Of a stretch of DNA of 64,000 nt, positions 39,667 to 49,971 are shown piece by piece. The notes beneath the pieces are model-generated. The model saw nothing but the letters and a program-made list of their open reading frames with translations. It ran no database searches and was not told the DNA's origin. The DNA is from an uncultured SAR86 cluster bacterium (GTDB taxonomy: Bacteria; Pseudomonadota; Gammaproteobacteria; Magnimaribacterales; D2472), in contig CABXJR010000002.1 of assembly GCA_902512655.1 (NCBI GenBank), positions 636 through 64,635 on the forward strand, read 5' to 3'. Both the position numbers and the translations under genes were made by a program. The number at the start of each line of letters is the position of its first letter. Within the stretch, counting starts at the first letter, position 1.

Positions 39667-40605
39667 TTATATTTTAAAAGAGTTCAGCATCATATCTATG
39701 CCATCCTCTAAAGTTGTAAGATCTCGCTGGAGTATTTGTTGCATTTTAGAAATATCAGGCTGCCTTCTGGTCATATCCCCCTCCTCAAGAGCAGGTAAAT
39801 GAATAATTTTTGAATCTGAATTAGTAATTAAAATAATTTTTTTGGCTAAATCAAGCATTGAAATTTCTTGATTATTTCCAACATTTAAAACTTCATTAAT
39901 AGCTAGTTCTTTTTTAATCATAGTCTCTACTGTGTCAAGATTATCATCTATATAGCAAAATGTTCTTGTTTGAGAGCCATCACCATAAATAGTTATATCT
40001 TCACCTGAAATTGCTTGTTGAAGAAACTTTGTCATAACAAAATCATCACTTTGAAGCGGGCCATAGGTATTGAAGAATCTAAAGATTGTATAACTTAAAC
40101 CATATTCCTGAAAATATGATCGAACAAATGCCTCACCAACATTCTTCACAATTGCATAAGGCAATCTGGAATTTAATGGAGTCGTATCTTCTTGTTGAGG
40201 ATATTCTACTGGCTCTCCATAGACTTCAGAGCTAGATGAGTAAAAAAACCTTTTTACTCCAGTCGAATTTGATAATGATAATATATTCTCAATGCCTTTA
40301 ATATCATTGAGTACCATAATAGGGGAGGCTAAAGTTCTCTTAACCCCTACGACTGCTGCATAATGAAAAACATAGTCAAAATTTGTACTCATCATTATGG
40401 CGCTTAAATCTTCATAATTATTACAATCAGCTTTAATAAAGCTCCAATTAGGATTTTTTGAATCTGGTAATTTTTTTTCAGAGCCTGTTAATAAGTTATC
40501 AACTATCACTATTGAATTATCTGAGTCGGCAGCAAGACGCCTTGCAAGACTCCCTCCCACATTTCCGCAACCTCCAGTAATTAGTATATTTTTTTTCAAT
40601 GGCAT
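39667..40605 (-). CDS. NAD-dependent epimerase/dehydratase (UDP-glucuronate decarboxylase-like)
   Basis: TGGCGNVG, HYAAVVGV, SSSEVYG, YAIVK, RFFNTYGP, GDGSQTRTFCY, RRQPDISK. Confidence 0.85.
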   Translation of the reverse strand: MPLKKNILITGGCGNVGGSLARRLAADSDNSIVIVDNLLTGSEKKLPDSKNPNWSFIKADCNNYEDLSAIMMSTNFDYVFHYAAVVGVKRTLASPIMVLNDIKGIENILSLSNSTGVKRFFYSSSSEVYGEPVEYPQQEDTTPLNSRLPYAIVKNVGEAFVRSYFQEYGLSYTIFRFFNTYGPLQSDDFVMTKFLQQAISGEDITIYGDGSQTRTFCYIDDNLDTVETMIKKELAINEVLNVGNNQEISMLDLAKKIILITNSDSKIIHLPALEEGDMTRRQPDISKMQQILQRDLTTLEDGIDMMLNSFKI

Positions 40606-40699
40606 GTCCTCTGAGACAATTAAAGAGTGTTTATGTAATGCGCAATTTTAACAGAATTATTTAAACTATTTGAGCATTTAAAAATTATCATTTGAAATG

Positions 40700-41791
40700 T
40701 TAGAGAAGATGTATGTATTCTTGCAACATTTTTTTATTGCTGTAATGATTAGCGATCAATGCACTAGCCTCTAGGCCCATTGCTTTTGCTTGCTGATAAT
40801 TGATAGAAATATCAATTATTTTTTCTGCAAATAGGTTAGGATCATTAGCAACACAAAAGCCATAGTCTTTATCTTGGTTTAAAAGATTTGATATTCCATC
40901 AACTTCCGACGCCACAATTGGTAATCCACATGACATAGCATGCAAAAGTGAAATGCTTAATGTTTCGCCTAATGATGCATGAACATAAATATCTAATTTT
41001 TTATACCATCCAGGTAATTCGCTCTCATTTAATAAACCTTCAAAAGTTACAAAGCTTTCTAAGCCTTCGCTAATGACATGGTTTTTAGTTTCAGATAATG
41101 TTGGTCCATCGCCAGCAAAAAAAAGATTTATATTAATTTCATGCTTTTTTATATTGATATTTTTAAGCATTTCTACCAATAAATCCTGCTTTTTTGTTTC
41201 TGAGAACCGCCCTGCCATTCCTATACTTAAATTTTTAACTGGAGAATCATTTATATGATTTTTTATTACAGGGAATAGATTGCAATCTATGCCATTAGGA
41301 ATTATTGAAATTTTTTTTTCTTGCAGATTTTTTAAAAAGAAAGTTTTAAGCTCATTTTTATAATCTAATGTAAGGACTACTATTGAATGTGCTAAATATA
41401 GAGAAAGACAGCTGAAAAAACGCTCTCTTCTTCGCTTTAATTTATTATTTGTATGTTCAACTACGATAATTTTACAAGTTTTTAGCAATGAATATAGTTT
41501 GCAAGGAATAATAAAACTTGGACTATGGCAAATTATTGAGTCAGGACTAGTTTTTTTTAACCATTTAAATAAATTGAACCATTGAATAAATGGTAGCCCA
41601 GGCCTGAAGTAAAATTGGTTATATTTAATGCCAAGATCAATACATTTATTTTGAAAATCTGGAAGCAATTGAGCGTTTCCTATAAAACCAATAAACCATT
41701 CATGTTCCTTCATTGAATCTGCTGAAATTAATGGAAATACTACTCCACTATGCCCACCAAGACCTGAAAAGCATATTTGGACAATTTTCAA
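40700..41791 (-). CDS. Glycosyltransferase family 4
   Basis: GLGGH, IPNGID, AGRF..K, HASLGETLSISLLHAMSCGLPIVAS. Confidence 0.88.
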   Translation of the reverse strand: MKIVQICFSGLGGHSGVVFPLISADSMKEHEWFIGFIGNAQLLPDFQNKCIDLGIKYNQFYFRPGLPFIQWFNLFKWLKKTSPDSIICHSPSFIIPCKLYSLLKTCKIIVVEHTNNKLKRRRERFFSCLSLYLAHSIVVLTLDYKNELKTFFLKNLQEKKISIIPNGIDCNLFPVIKNHINDSPVKNLSIGMAGRFSETKKQDLLVEMLKNINIKKHEININLFFAGDGPTLSETKNHVISEGLESFVTFEGLLNESELPGWYKKLDIYVHASLGETLSISLLHAMSCGLPIVASEVDGISNLLNQDKDYGFCVANDPNLFAEKIIDISINYQQAKAMGLEASALIANHYSNKKMLQEYIHLL

Positions 41792-41795
41792 AATT

Positions 41796-42548
41796 TTATT
41801 TTTTTCTTGCGATCATTAGTATTCCCGGAGACCAGGTTCTTCCACGAAGCCTTATTCCAATTTTATCAAGCAACAAAGCAATCGAACTGACAATTATGCC
41901 TATACCAGCAACCAGTTTACTCATAAGCTTTATATGAGACCATGAAGTAGCACCCCATACTCGCAGAGGCCCTACATAATCATTAAATAAGATTTCATAC
42001 CCTTGATCTGAAAACCATTCAAGCGATTGAAGCTGCATGACATCGATATTGTGATTATCAAGGTCTGGTCGATCAAATAAATAATGCCAGAAATAATTAA
42101 AACCAGTGAAATTAGGGATTTGAATTATTAAGTAACCGCCTTTATCAACATAATAATCATGTAATCTGAAAACATCCTCCAACATGGCCCCTCTGAAGTG
42201 CTCTACTAATCCAACGCTAATTACAATATCAAAAACTTTATCAATTTTTTCATTGAACATATCAATGTTAAATAGCTCTGCTTCCTTTCCAACTAGTGAC
42301 ATTGTTTTTAAAAAAACTTCAGAGTCGTCAGAATAATCTATTCCAGATATACTCCAATCAGTGCTCTCAGATAGGACGGCTGAATATTGACCAGGAGCAC
42401 AGCCCAATTCTAAATAATTTAATTTTGTAGATGGGACATACTGTTTAACAATTTTAAGCCATTCTTCACGCTTTTTAATAGAAACTAGATTAGATAGAGT
42501 TGCATCATCTTTCTCATATCTCCAGCGATCTTTGTCTGTTAACCTCAT
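41796..42548 (-). CDS. Class I SAM-dependent methyltransferase
   Basis: LELGCAPG, GIDYS, FDIVISVGLVEHF, GGYLIIQIPN. Confidence 0.88.
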   Translation of the reverse strand: MRLTDKDRWRYEKDDATLSNLVSIKKREEWLKIVKQYVPSTKLNYLELGCAPGQYSAVLSESTDWSISGIDYSDDSEVFLKTMSLVGKEAELFNIDMFNEKIDKVFDIVISVGLVEHFRGAMLEDVFRLHDYYVDKGGYLIIQIPNFTGFNYFWHYLFDRPDLDNHNIDVMQLQSLEWFSDQGYEILFNDYVGPLRVWGATSWSHIKLMSKLVAGIGIIVSSIALLLDKIGIRLRGRTWSPGILMIARKK

Positions 42549-42581
42549 ATTAATTTCTTATATGCTTGAAGGAATTCAATT

Positions 42582-43565
42582 TTAAAACAATTTTATAATT
42601 TTAGCTCCTAATTTCCTCAGAATAGAGTATTGAGACATCATTTGTTCATCAAGCATGATTCCGATGGTTTTAAAATCTTTTGATAAATTAGCTATAGTTG
42701 ATGAGCCAAAACCGTAAACAATGACCTCATATCCAGATCTGCAAATTGCAGATATTAAGTCCTCAGCTATCATTAAATTGATAGGATGCTCTTCAAAAAG
42801 CTGATTTAACTCATCAATATATTTAGGCTTAGATGGGTGACTAGGATGAGGAATATAAACATCAAATTTATCAGAATTTATAATTGCTTCGTGTTGTATA
42901 TTTCTTTTTTCTATACGATTCATATTTCGATCAATCTCAGTTGGAAAGTAAGCTGAACCTAAAATTATTCTAAGTTTCTTTTTCTTGACTTTAGGAGAAG
43001 CAATGAGAGTATTGTTTATTTTAAATAACCCTTTTAATTCAGTGGTATGACAATTCAACCAACAAAGCTCAGATGGATAGATTGTATAATGATGATTAAT
43101 TCTATTATGAGTAACTAATGGTTTCTCTCCTAAAAATAATGTTCTCGTTATTTTTTTGTTTACAGAATCTGACTCAACCCATTGATTGAACTCAACTTTC
43201 GATAAATTGAACATTCCATCATCGAAAAGATTAATTCTTGCCGTGCTGTTTCTTTCAGCAAAAAAACTAAATACCATATCGCCGATGCTTGCTATAAACA
43301 GTTGATTGTATTTTGACATTCGAACATCCCTTGACAAGCTAAACCAATCATAAATGCTTGATAAAGCATGTGAAAATTTAAGAGGCTCAAATACAAGGAA
43401 AGTTTTATGATCAGATTTTATTTTATTGAAATAATGCTGATGTTTTTGACTATTATTATTAGGCCTATAAATTATATGATGATTTCCACTAATATTTTCA
43501 AGTAACTTGTTGATGATGATAGCCTGTAGCGGTGTTCTACAGAAAAAGAGCGTTTTATCATTCAT
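42582..43565 (-). CDS. GT52/Lst-like sialyl(ulosonyl)transferase
   Basis: CRTPLQ, LFDDG..N, HYTIY, YIPHP, IAED, YGFGSS match the Lst-type pattern (TPLQ, FDDG, PHP, SS/SG). Confidence 0.7.
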   Translation of the reverse strand: MNDKTLFFCRTPLQAIIINKLLENISGNHHIIYRPNNNSQKHQHYFNKIKSDHKTFLVFEPLKFSHALSSIYDWFSLSRDVRMSKYNQLFIASIGDMVFSFFAERNSTARINLFDDGMFNLSKVEFNQWVESDSVNKKITRTLFLGEKPLVTHNRINHHYTIYPSELCWLNCHTTELKGLFKINNTLIASPKVKKKKLRIILGSAYFPTEIDRNMNRIEKRNIQHEAIINSDKFDVYIPHPSHPSKPKYIDELNQLFEEHPINLMIAEDLISAICRSGYEVIVYGFGSSTIANLSKDFKTIGIMLDEQMMSQYSILRKLGAKIIKLF

Positions 43566-43640
43566 GGTAACTGTTTATCAAGATAAAAATATTTTTAAAG
43601 AATGCTTATAGATTTTCAATATTTTGATTTAAAAAATTAA

Positions 43641-45446
43641 TTAAGCCAAAGTTGTCATATTTTTAAATAAGTCATTTCTTGATGCAAGATCATCAAATTC
43701 ACCACTATCGATGATTTGACCATTTTGCATTAAGTGAATGCAGGTACACTTTTTAACAGATGCAAGGCGATGAGCAACTATAATAATAGTTTTTAGCCCG
43801 GATAATTGATAGATAGCATCCATCACTTTTTTTTCTGTAATTCCATCAAGAGAACTTGTTGCTTCATCAAAAATTAAGATTCCAGTATTATGATAAAGCG
43901 CTCTAGCAATGCCAATTCTTTGTCGTTGGCCTCCAGAAAGTTGAACGCCTCTTTCTCCAACTCTTGTTTCCGTGCCATTTGGAAGAGAAGCAATAAACTC
44001 CTCAAGGTTGGATAGTTTTATAGCATCGTTTATGAGTTTTTCATTAATTTTCTTAATTGGCAAACCAAATGCTATATTCTCTTTTATCGATGAGTCTGCT
44101 AAGAAAATATTTTGTGATACAACTCCAATACTATTTTGCCAACTTCGAATTGTGTTAGGCGACAGAGGGACTCCATCAATTTGAATCTCTCCTTTATCAG
44201 GCTCAATAAGCCCCAAGATTAAATCTATAAGCGTAGATTTGCCTGAACCTGACGACCCGACTATTCCTACAAATCCTCCCAATGGTATTTCAAGATTTAT
44301 ATTATTTAAAGCACTAGTCAAAGTATTTGGATATGAAAAATGTAAATTTTCAATTTTTATATTATTTTTTGGAAGCAAATTTTCTGTATTGTTTAGACCG
44401 CTATTCATATTCTCAACTGATATATGATAACTATCAAATAGATCTTGTTTAAGGCTTTCAAAACTATTCAAATTGCCCTTAATAACACTAATAGATGAAT
44501 AGCATAACTGAAATGCTGGTAATAATTTAAATCCTGCCAAGGCAAAAACTGCAACCACCGGCAGAGTTGAAGCAAGATCTCCATTGTTTTGAAAGATTAA
44601 AAATAGAACTAAAGATATTACAGATGAATATGCTAATAGTTCTAGTAAATATTTTGGAAATAGTGTCAGGGTATTGGTGTTGCCAGTTGCATATGCAGTA
44701 ATATTGCTTGCCTTAACAAAACGTTTATTAAATTCTTGCTGGCGGCCAAGTAGCAGAGTATCTTTTATTCCTCCAAAGCCTTCTGACATCATTTTAAATC
44801 TAACAGATTGCTCTTCTGAAATAACTCTTCCATTGCGATCTAAAGCATTTTTTGCCAAAAGGTATAAAAAATAGTATGAAAATGAAAAAATTATAATTCC
44901 AAAAAGTGCCAAAATTGGACTATAAATAATAATGGCTAAACACATGATAGAAGCCATAACCAGTCTAGCATTTAGCTGCATCACTGGATTAATTATCATA
45001 GTACTTAATCTATTGCACTCTACTACAAGCTTATTAACCAACTCACTGCTATTACCGTTAGCATGAAATAACCATGGCTTCGCCATATAGTGAATAAATA
45101 GTCTATTACTAAGATCTGCACCTACTTTTGCAGCATACATTGAAAATCTCCAAATAGTAAAAATATTAACAATAGCAGCAATTAGTAATACCAGAAAAAC
45201 AACAATGCCTAATAAAGATAAAAATTGCGCAGGATCATTTAATCCTGAAAAAATATATAAATCTGCAATTAAATTATCTTCATATATTTGATCTAAATCA
45301 CCTACCAATGCCATAAATGGACTAAGCGAAAGAACTCCTGCAACTTCTGCAAATCCCATAAAAATAACCAAAACTTGCAGCCATAGAAATTCTCTTTTTT
45401 GTGCTGAAGTCAAGAGGCTGTATACAGCCTTTAAATTTGAGAACAT
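43641..45446 (-). CDS. ABC transporter, fused TMD-NBD (PglK/Wzk-like lipid-linked oligosaccharide flippase)
   Basis: N-terminal TM domain, GSSGSGKST, GERGVQLSGGQRQRIGIARALY, FDEATSSLD, AHRL. Confidence 0.88.
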   Translation of the reverse strand: MFSNLKAVYSLLTSAQKREFLWLQVLVIFMGFAEVAGVLSLSPFMALVGDLDQIYEDNLIADLYIFSGLNDPAQFLSLLGIVVFLVLLIAAIVNIFTIWRFSMYAAKVGADLSNRLFIHYMAKPWLFHANGNSSELVNKLVVECNRLSTMIINPVMQLNARLVMASIMCLAIIIYSPILALFGIIIFSFSYYFLYLLAKNALDRNGRVISEEQSVRFKMMSEGFGGIKDTLLLGRQQEFNKRFVKASNITAYATGNTNTLTLFPKYLLELLAYSSVISLVLFLIFQNNGDLASTLPVVAVFALAGFKLLPAFQLCYSSISVIKGNLNSFESLKQDLFDSYHISVENMNSGLNNTENLLPKNNIKIENLHFSYPNTLTSALNNINLEIPLGGFVGIVGSSGSGKSTLIDLILGLIEPDKGEIQIDGVPLSPNTIRSWQNSIGVVSQNIFLADSSIKENIAFGLPIKKINEKLINDAIKLSNLEEFIASLPNGTETRVGERGVQLSGGQRQRIGIARALYHNTGILIFDEATSSLDGITEKKVMDAIYQLSGLKTIIIVAHRLASVKKCTCIHLMQNGQIIDSGEFDDLASRNDLFKNMTTLA

Positions 45447-45514
45447 AGAATTAACCCTTTAATATTTAATCAAGATCTTAATAATGCGTGAATGGATCAT
45501 AATGACTTAATATT

Positions 45515-46606
45515 CTATACAAAAGGCTCTAATTTAGATATCTCAATAGCATCTTCTGGAAGATCTCCATAGCTGTGCCACGAATACTCAAGTTGGCAAA
45601 TACTAGAAATCATAGAGAATGCAGGGGGTAAATACCCTTGAGAAGCTAGCTCAATAATATTTGTACCTTTTTTGCACCAAACTAAATTTGCTAATGCCCC
45701 GCCGTGAAGAAATATCACTTTTTTAGCTGAAGAAAATAGTTGCATCTGTTCAAATATGCTTAATTTAAGGCCTGTATTAATTACTTGGTAGCCGTTTAAT
45801 TCCATAAATGCTTCAACCTCTTCAATATTTATTGGGCATCGAGATTCATCTTTCCTGGAAATAAAGAGTAGTTTATTTGCCAGCGTCTCATTAGATAGAA
45901 AAGGTTGAAAAAATTGACGAAGTATAGCGATGTCTTTGGGGTGAGGCGTCAATCCAAATAATGGATTTCCTTGGCCTGCAGTTTTTCCAGTCATAATCAA
46001 TGTATCCACCTGAACAGGAGAGTCAACATATCTTATTTCTTTATTCTCTTTACTTTCTATATATTCTAAGAGAGCCATTTGCCACGGAGATGGGTCTTTT
46101 GGAGATAAAATAATACTATTAGGACTCTCCATTAATGAAGCTAAAAATGGCGGTAAATCTTCAATCAACCAATGCCAATAACCAATATCATGCAAATAAA
46201 TAAATTGGCCATTAAACTTCTTTCTAGGTTTTCTAATAAATGGTTTTGGCCAACTGTAAAAATTTCTTAAGAAGTACCAGGCACTACATTCAGCAATATA
46301 AACACCATCTTCATCATAAACAAAACCTGATAAAGGATCTATTGACGCATTATCGAGCATGTAAACATATCTCTCAGGGTAATAGTTCTTAGCGGTTTGA
46401 CCATTAAAAACCCCATGATAAGAAACTTCTTTTGGTACGGAGTACACACTTAATCGCTTGACTCCCTTTTTTCTCTGAGATTGCATATGTGAATCTAGAA
46501 AGAAAAATTGATCGCTGACTAAACCTAGCTTCCTTATCAGAATTCTCTTAACAAACATTAACGTTCGTCTGAACTTGTTAAAGAGTTGCCCAAATAAGTT
46601 GTTCAT
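45515..46606 (-). CDS. Glycosyltransferase family 61 (DUF563)
   Basis: YWHWLIEDLP, LFISR, LSIFEQMQLFSSAKKVIFLHGGALANLVW, IIEL. Confidence 0.85.
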   Translation of the reverse strand: MNNLFGQLFNKFRRTLMFVKRILIRKLGLVSDQFFFLDSHMQSQRKKGVKRLSVYSVPKEVSYHGVFNGQTAKNYYPERYVYMLDNASIDPLSGFVYDEDGVYIAECSAWYFLRNFYSWPKPFIRKPRKKFNGQFIYLHDIGYWHWLIEDLPPFLASLMESPNSIILSPKDPSPWQMALLEYIESKENKEIRYVDSPVQVDTLIMTGKTAGQGNPLFGLTPHPKDIAILRQFFQPFLSNETLANKLLFISRKDESRCPINIEEVEAFMELNGYQVINTGLKLSIFEQMQLFSSAKKVIFLHGGALANLVWCKKGTNIIELASQGYLPPAFSMISSICQLEYSWHSYGDLPEDAIEISKLEPFV

Positions 46607-46611
46607 TAAAT

Positions 46612-47619
46612 TCAGTCTCCAAGCATTATTTTTAACCCTTGTTCTAAAGTGTATTGAGGATCATACTTGAGCATCTCTTTTGCTTTGCTAATATCTGCAT
46701 TTGAGTGCCTTATATCCCCTTCCCTAAAATCTTTATATACAGCATTAGATCTTAAGCTATCATGAGGTGAGTCTAAGATAATAACTTTCATAATTTCATA
46801 AAGTTCATTTAATGATGTTTGTGTGCCCAAAGCAATGTTATAGATATTATTTTTTGCTTCGGAAGACGAAGTGGCAGCCAAAATATTTGCTTGAACAACG
46901 TTTTCAATATAGCAAAAGTCTCGTGAAGTTTTCCCATCACCGTAAATGTATATATCTTTACTATTTTTGAGCAATTCACTCCACCGGGGTATAACTGCAG
47001 CATAAGACCCGTGAGGGTCTTGTCTAGATCCAAAAACATTGAAGTATCTCAAACCAATAGAATTAAAATCATAACAGTTTGAGTATACTGAGGCATAAAG
47101 CTCATTAGTGTGCTTAGAAATAGCATATGGTGATAAAGAATTACCTATTATTTCTTCTACTTTTGGTAAATCAGGATGGTCGCCATATACAGCACTACTG
47201 GATGCATAAGTAAAACTTGAGACATTTTCTTCCTTTGCAGCGTTAAGAATATTTAGAAATCCACTACAGTTAGCTTCATGAGTATCTAGCGGAGATTTTA
47301 TTGATCTTGGTACAGAGCCGAGTGCAGCTTGATGCAAAACATAATCAATCTCTGCTACAGACTCAGAGCATGTTTTTTTAGAAGAAATATCTCCCTCTAA
47401 AAGAGTAAAATTTTTCCAATGTTCTTTGCTGACTAACTTTTCGACTTCTTGGATATTATGTTTTTTTCCAGTAGAAAAATTATCAAGACCTACGACTATT
47501 TGGTTTATCTGGAGAAGTTTTTCAAGCAAATGGCTGCCTATAAAACCTGCAACACCTGTAATAAGCCATTTTTTTGGTTTTTTTTCTAATTCACTTAAAA
47601 CAGATTCATAGTTTTTCAT
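46612..47619 (-). CDS. wbpP: UDP-GlcNAc(A) C4-epimerase (WbpP/TviC-like)
   Basis: WLITGVAGFIGS, VLHQAALGSVPRSI, ASSSAVYGDHP, SPYAISK, LRYFNVFG.RQDP.G.YAAVIP. Confidence 0.9.
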   Translation of the reverse strand: MKNYESVLSELEKKPKKWLITGVAGFIGSHLLEKLLQINQIVVGLDNFSTGKKHNIQEVEKLVSKEHWKNFTLLEGDISSKKTCSESVAEIDYVLHQAALGSVPRSIKSPLDTHEANCSGFLNILNAAKEENVSSFTYASSSAVYGDHPDLPKVEEIIGNSLSPYAISKHTNELYASVYSNCYDFNSIGLRYFNVFGSRQDPHGSYAAVIPRWSELLKNSKDIYIYGDGKTSRDFCYIENVVQANILAATSSSEAKNNIYNIALGTQTSLNELYEIMKVIILDSPHDSLRSNAVYKDFREGDIRHSNADISKAKEMLKYDPQYTLEQGLKIMLGD

Positions 47620-47639
47620 TTATTGACCCTAATATTGAA

Positions 47640-48917
47640 TTATAAGCGAAGATCACTTTCATCAATCGAAAAAATACTTTTTAAATCAAATAATAAATGG
47701 TTGTGCATACCGAATTCTCTTATTGTATCTGCTCCCATTTGTTTAAAGTCGTCATGTGCAACTGCAACTATAACTGCATGGTAGTAATTTTTATCTATAG
47801 AGTCTAGAAGGCTAATTCCCAAGTAAGATTCAGCTTGATTTGCATCAGCCCAAGGATCATAAACATCAACCTCTAATTCGTATTCAACTAACTCTGTGTA
47901 TATATCTATCACTCTAGTATTTCTGAGATCAGGGCAATTTTCTTTAAATGTCATCCCAAGTATCAATACCCGAGAAAGTTTAGGTTGAATATCAACACTA
48001 ATCATCTTTTTAATAAGTTTTGATGCTACATAGGAACCCATGCCATCATTAACACTTCTGCCAGCAAGGATAATCTTGGGTTGATAGCCTAAGGATTGAG
48101 CTTTATAAGTTAAGTAATATGGATCAACTCCAATACAGTGGCCTCCTACCAAACCCGGTTTAAATGGTAAAAAATTCCATTTTGTGCCTGCGGCTGATAA
48201 AACTTCATTTGTATCAATGTCCAGCTTATCAAATATAATAGCTAGTTCATTTACCAAACCTATATTCACATCTCTTTGAGTATTCTCAATAACTTTGGCA
48301 GCTTCTGCAACTTTAATAGAACTTGCCATGTGAGTACCAGCTGAAATAATAGAGGCATATAAATCATCTATTACTTTAGCAATCTCTTGGGTAGACCCAG
48401 AGGTAACTTTAGTAATATCAGTTAACCTATGAGATTTATCTCCTGGATTTATTCTTTCGGGACTGTAACCAGCAAAAAAATCCTTGTTAAAAGTTAATCC
48501 AGATACTTGTTCTAAGACTGGGATGCAAACCTCTTCAGTTGCACCTGGATATACAGTTGATTCGTAAATAACTATGCTGTCTTTTTTAAGATATTTTGCA
48601 ACTAAATTGCTAGCTGATATCAGTGGAGTTAAATCAGGCTTTTTGTCTATATCTACTGGGGTTGGAACTGAAATTATAAAACAATTGCATTCAGAAAGTA
48701 GTGAAGCATCACTACTTAAAATAAGACCTTTAGAAGATTTAAGTTCTGACTTAGTAAGCTCTTGAGTAGAGTCATTAAAATTCTTAAGCGACTCTATTCG
48801 CTCGGGATTTATGTCGAAGCCTACTACTTTTCGGTTTTTACCAAACTCTGCGGCTAAAGGAAGACCTACATATCCTAGCCCTATTATTGCTAAACTTATT
48901 TCATCATTTTTTTCCAT
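47640..48917 (-). CDS. tviB: UDP-N-acetylhexosamine C6-dehydrogenase (TviB/WbpO-like)
   Basis: [64 protein letters not shown]. Confidence 0.92.
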   Translation of the reverse strand: MEKNDEISLAIIGLGYVGLPLAAEFGKNRKVVGFDINPERIESLKNFNDSTQELTKSELKSSKGLILSSDASLLSECNCFIISVPTPVDIDKKPDLTPLISASNLVAKYLKKDSIVIYESTVYPGATEEVCIPVLEQVSGLTFNKDFFAGYSPERINPGDKSHRLTDITKVTSGSTQEIAKVIDDLYASIISAGTHMASSIKVAEAAKVIENTQRDVNIGLVNELAIIFDKLDIDTNEVLSAAGTKWNFLPFKPGLVGGHCIGVDPYYLTYKAQSLGYQPKIILAGRSVNDGMGSYVASKLIKKMISVDIQPKLSRVLILGMTFKENCPDLRNTRVIDIYTELVEYELEVDVYDPWADANQAESYLGISLLDSIDKNYYHAVIVAVAHDDFKQMGADTIREFGMHNHLLFDLKSIFSIDESDLRL

Positions 48918-48939
48918 TAGTGAATGATAAAATTATATC

Positions 48940-49872
48940 TTAGCTATCAAATTTTTTAAGATTCTTGTTTACGTAGAACCAGATTAACGATGCTAGAGTT
49001 GATAATATTGTGCCTAAAAAAAAGCAGATCAAAACTATCCTTGTTCGCTGTGGTTTTGTTCGTTCCTTAGGAACAAACGGTGAGTCAATTGATTCAAGTA
49101 TGTAGTCGGTCTTTACTCTTGCAAGCATTTGTTTTTTTAATTGTGATTCAATTAACTGACTGATAGTTAATCGAACTTCAGAAAGATACGAGGACTCAAG
49201 TTCTTTATATAAATACTGTAATGAAGCCTCAGATTCTGCAAGGTCTTTTTGACGACTTAGAGAGTTAATCTCCTGGATAATTAGTGATAGGAATGATTCA
49301 GCAAATATTGGAGATCTATGATTAATGGCGATGGTGATGAAGCCGCTTTTAGAATCAAGAGTAACTTCTAGACTGCCAAGATAAGCTTTGTATGCCTCCC
49401 ATATTGATGGTTTCCCATTTACCCATTTTTGCTCTTTCAAATCATAAACGCTGGACTTAAAGATTGTTTGGTTAGATTTGTGGTCAAATGATTTAGCGGC
49501 CATAAGATTTGCAAGAACACCATCAAACTCAACGATATGATTAAAAAATTCACGCGATCTTATAGTTGCGGTTGCTTTAGAACCTTCAACATTACTTTCA
49601 TTCATTCCAAAACTTACAAGTGAAGCTAGCCCTCCCTGAGCTGATGAGCTCATTGAGCCCGTATCTGATTTAGAGATAGTTAATAAAGCCTGTGATGTCC
49701 ATATCTGTGGAGCTAGCAATGAGTAGATAACACTTACTAGAGTAAATAAGGCTATAGAGATAGCTATAAAATTTCGTGATGCTGATAGAGCGTTAATTAA
49801 TTCTCTTAAATTTATCTCATCTGGATAGTCTGCGGAGGATGCTGTGTCGAAATCATTCATATTTACTTCCAT
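48940..49872 (-). CDS. wzz: Wzz-type chain-length regulator/co-polymerase
   Basis: DEINLRELI, two terminal TM helices, GGLASL, coiled coil, IDSPFVP...KPQR. Confidence 0.88.
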   Translation of the reverse strand: MEVNMNDFDTASSADYPDEINLRELINALSASRNFIAISIALFTLVSVIYSLLAPQIWTSQALLTISKSDTGSMSSSAQGGLASLVSFGMNESNVEGSKATATIRSREFFNHIVEFDGVLANLMAAKSFDHKSNQTIFKSSVYDLKEQKWVNGKPSIWEAYKAYLGSLEVTLDSKSGFITIAINHRSPIFAESFLSLIIQEINSLSRQKDLAESEASLQYLYKELESSYLSEVRLTISQLIESQLKKQMLARVKTDYILESIDSPFVPKERTKPQRTRIVLICFFLGTILSTLASLIWFYVNKNLKKFDS

Positions 49873-49906
49873 ATATGATTAGCTGGGTATAAAAAAGTAT
49901 GGCGCC

Positions 49907-49936
49907 ATTTTACATGTTTTTGATAAAGTGCGCACT
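49907..49936 (-). promoter_or_regulatory. Internal promoter candidate upstream of wzz
   Basis: Minus strand GTGCGC-17 bp-TAAAAT followed by a GC-rich GGCGCC discriminator. The -35 lies in the perfect palindrome AGTGCGCACT (49927-49936). Confidence 0.45.
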
Positions 49937-49971
49937 AAATAAAGCCTGAATGAAAATTGGAAAATAAGGTT

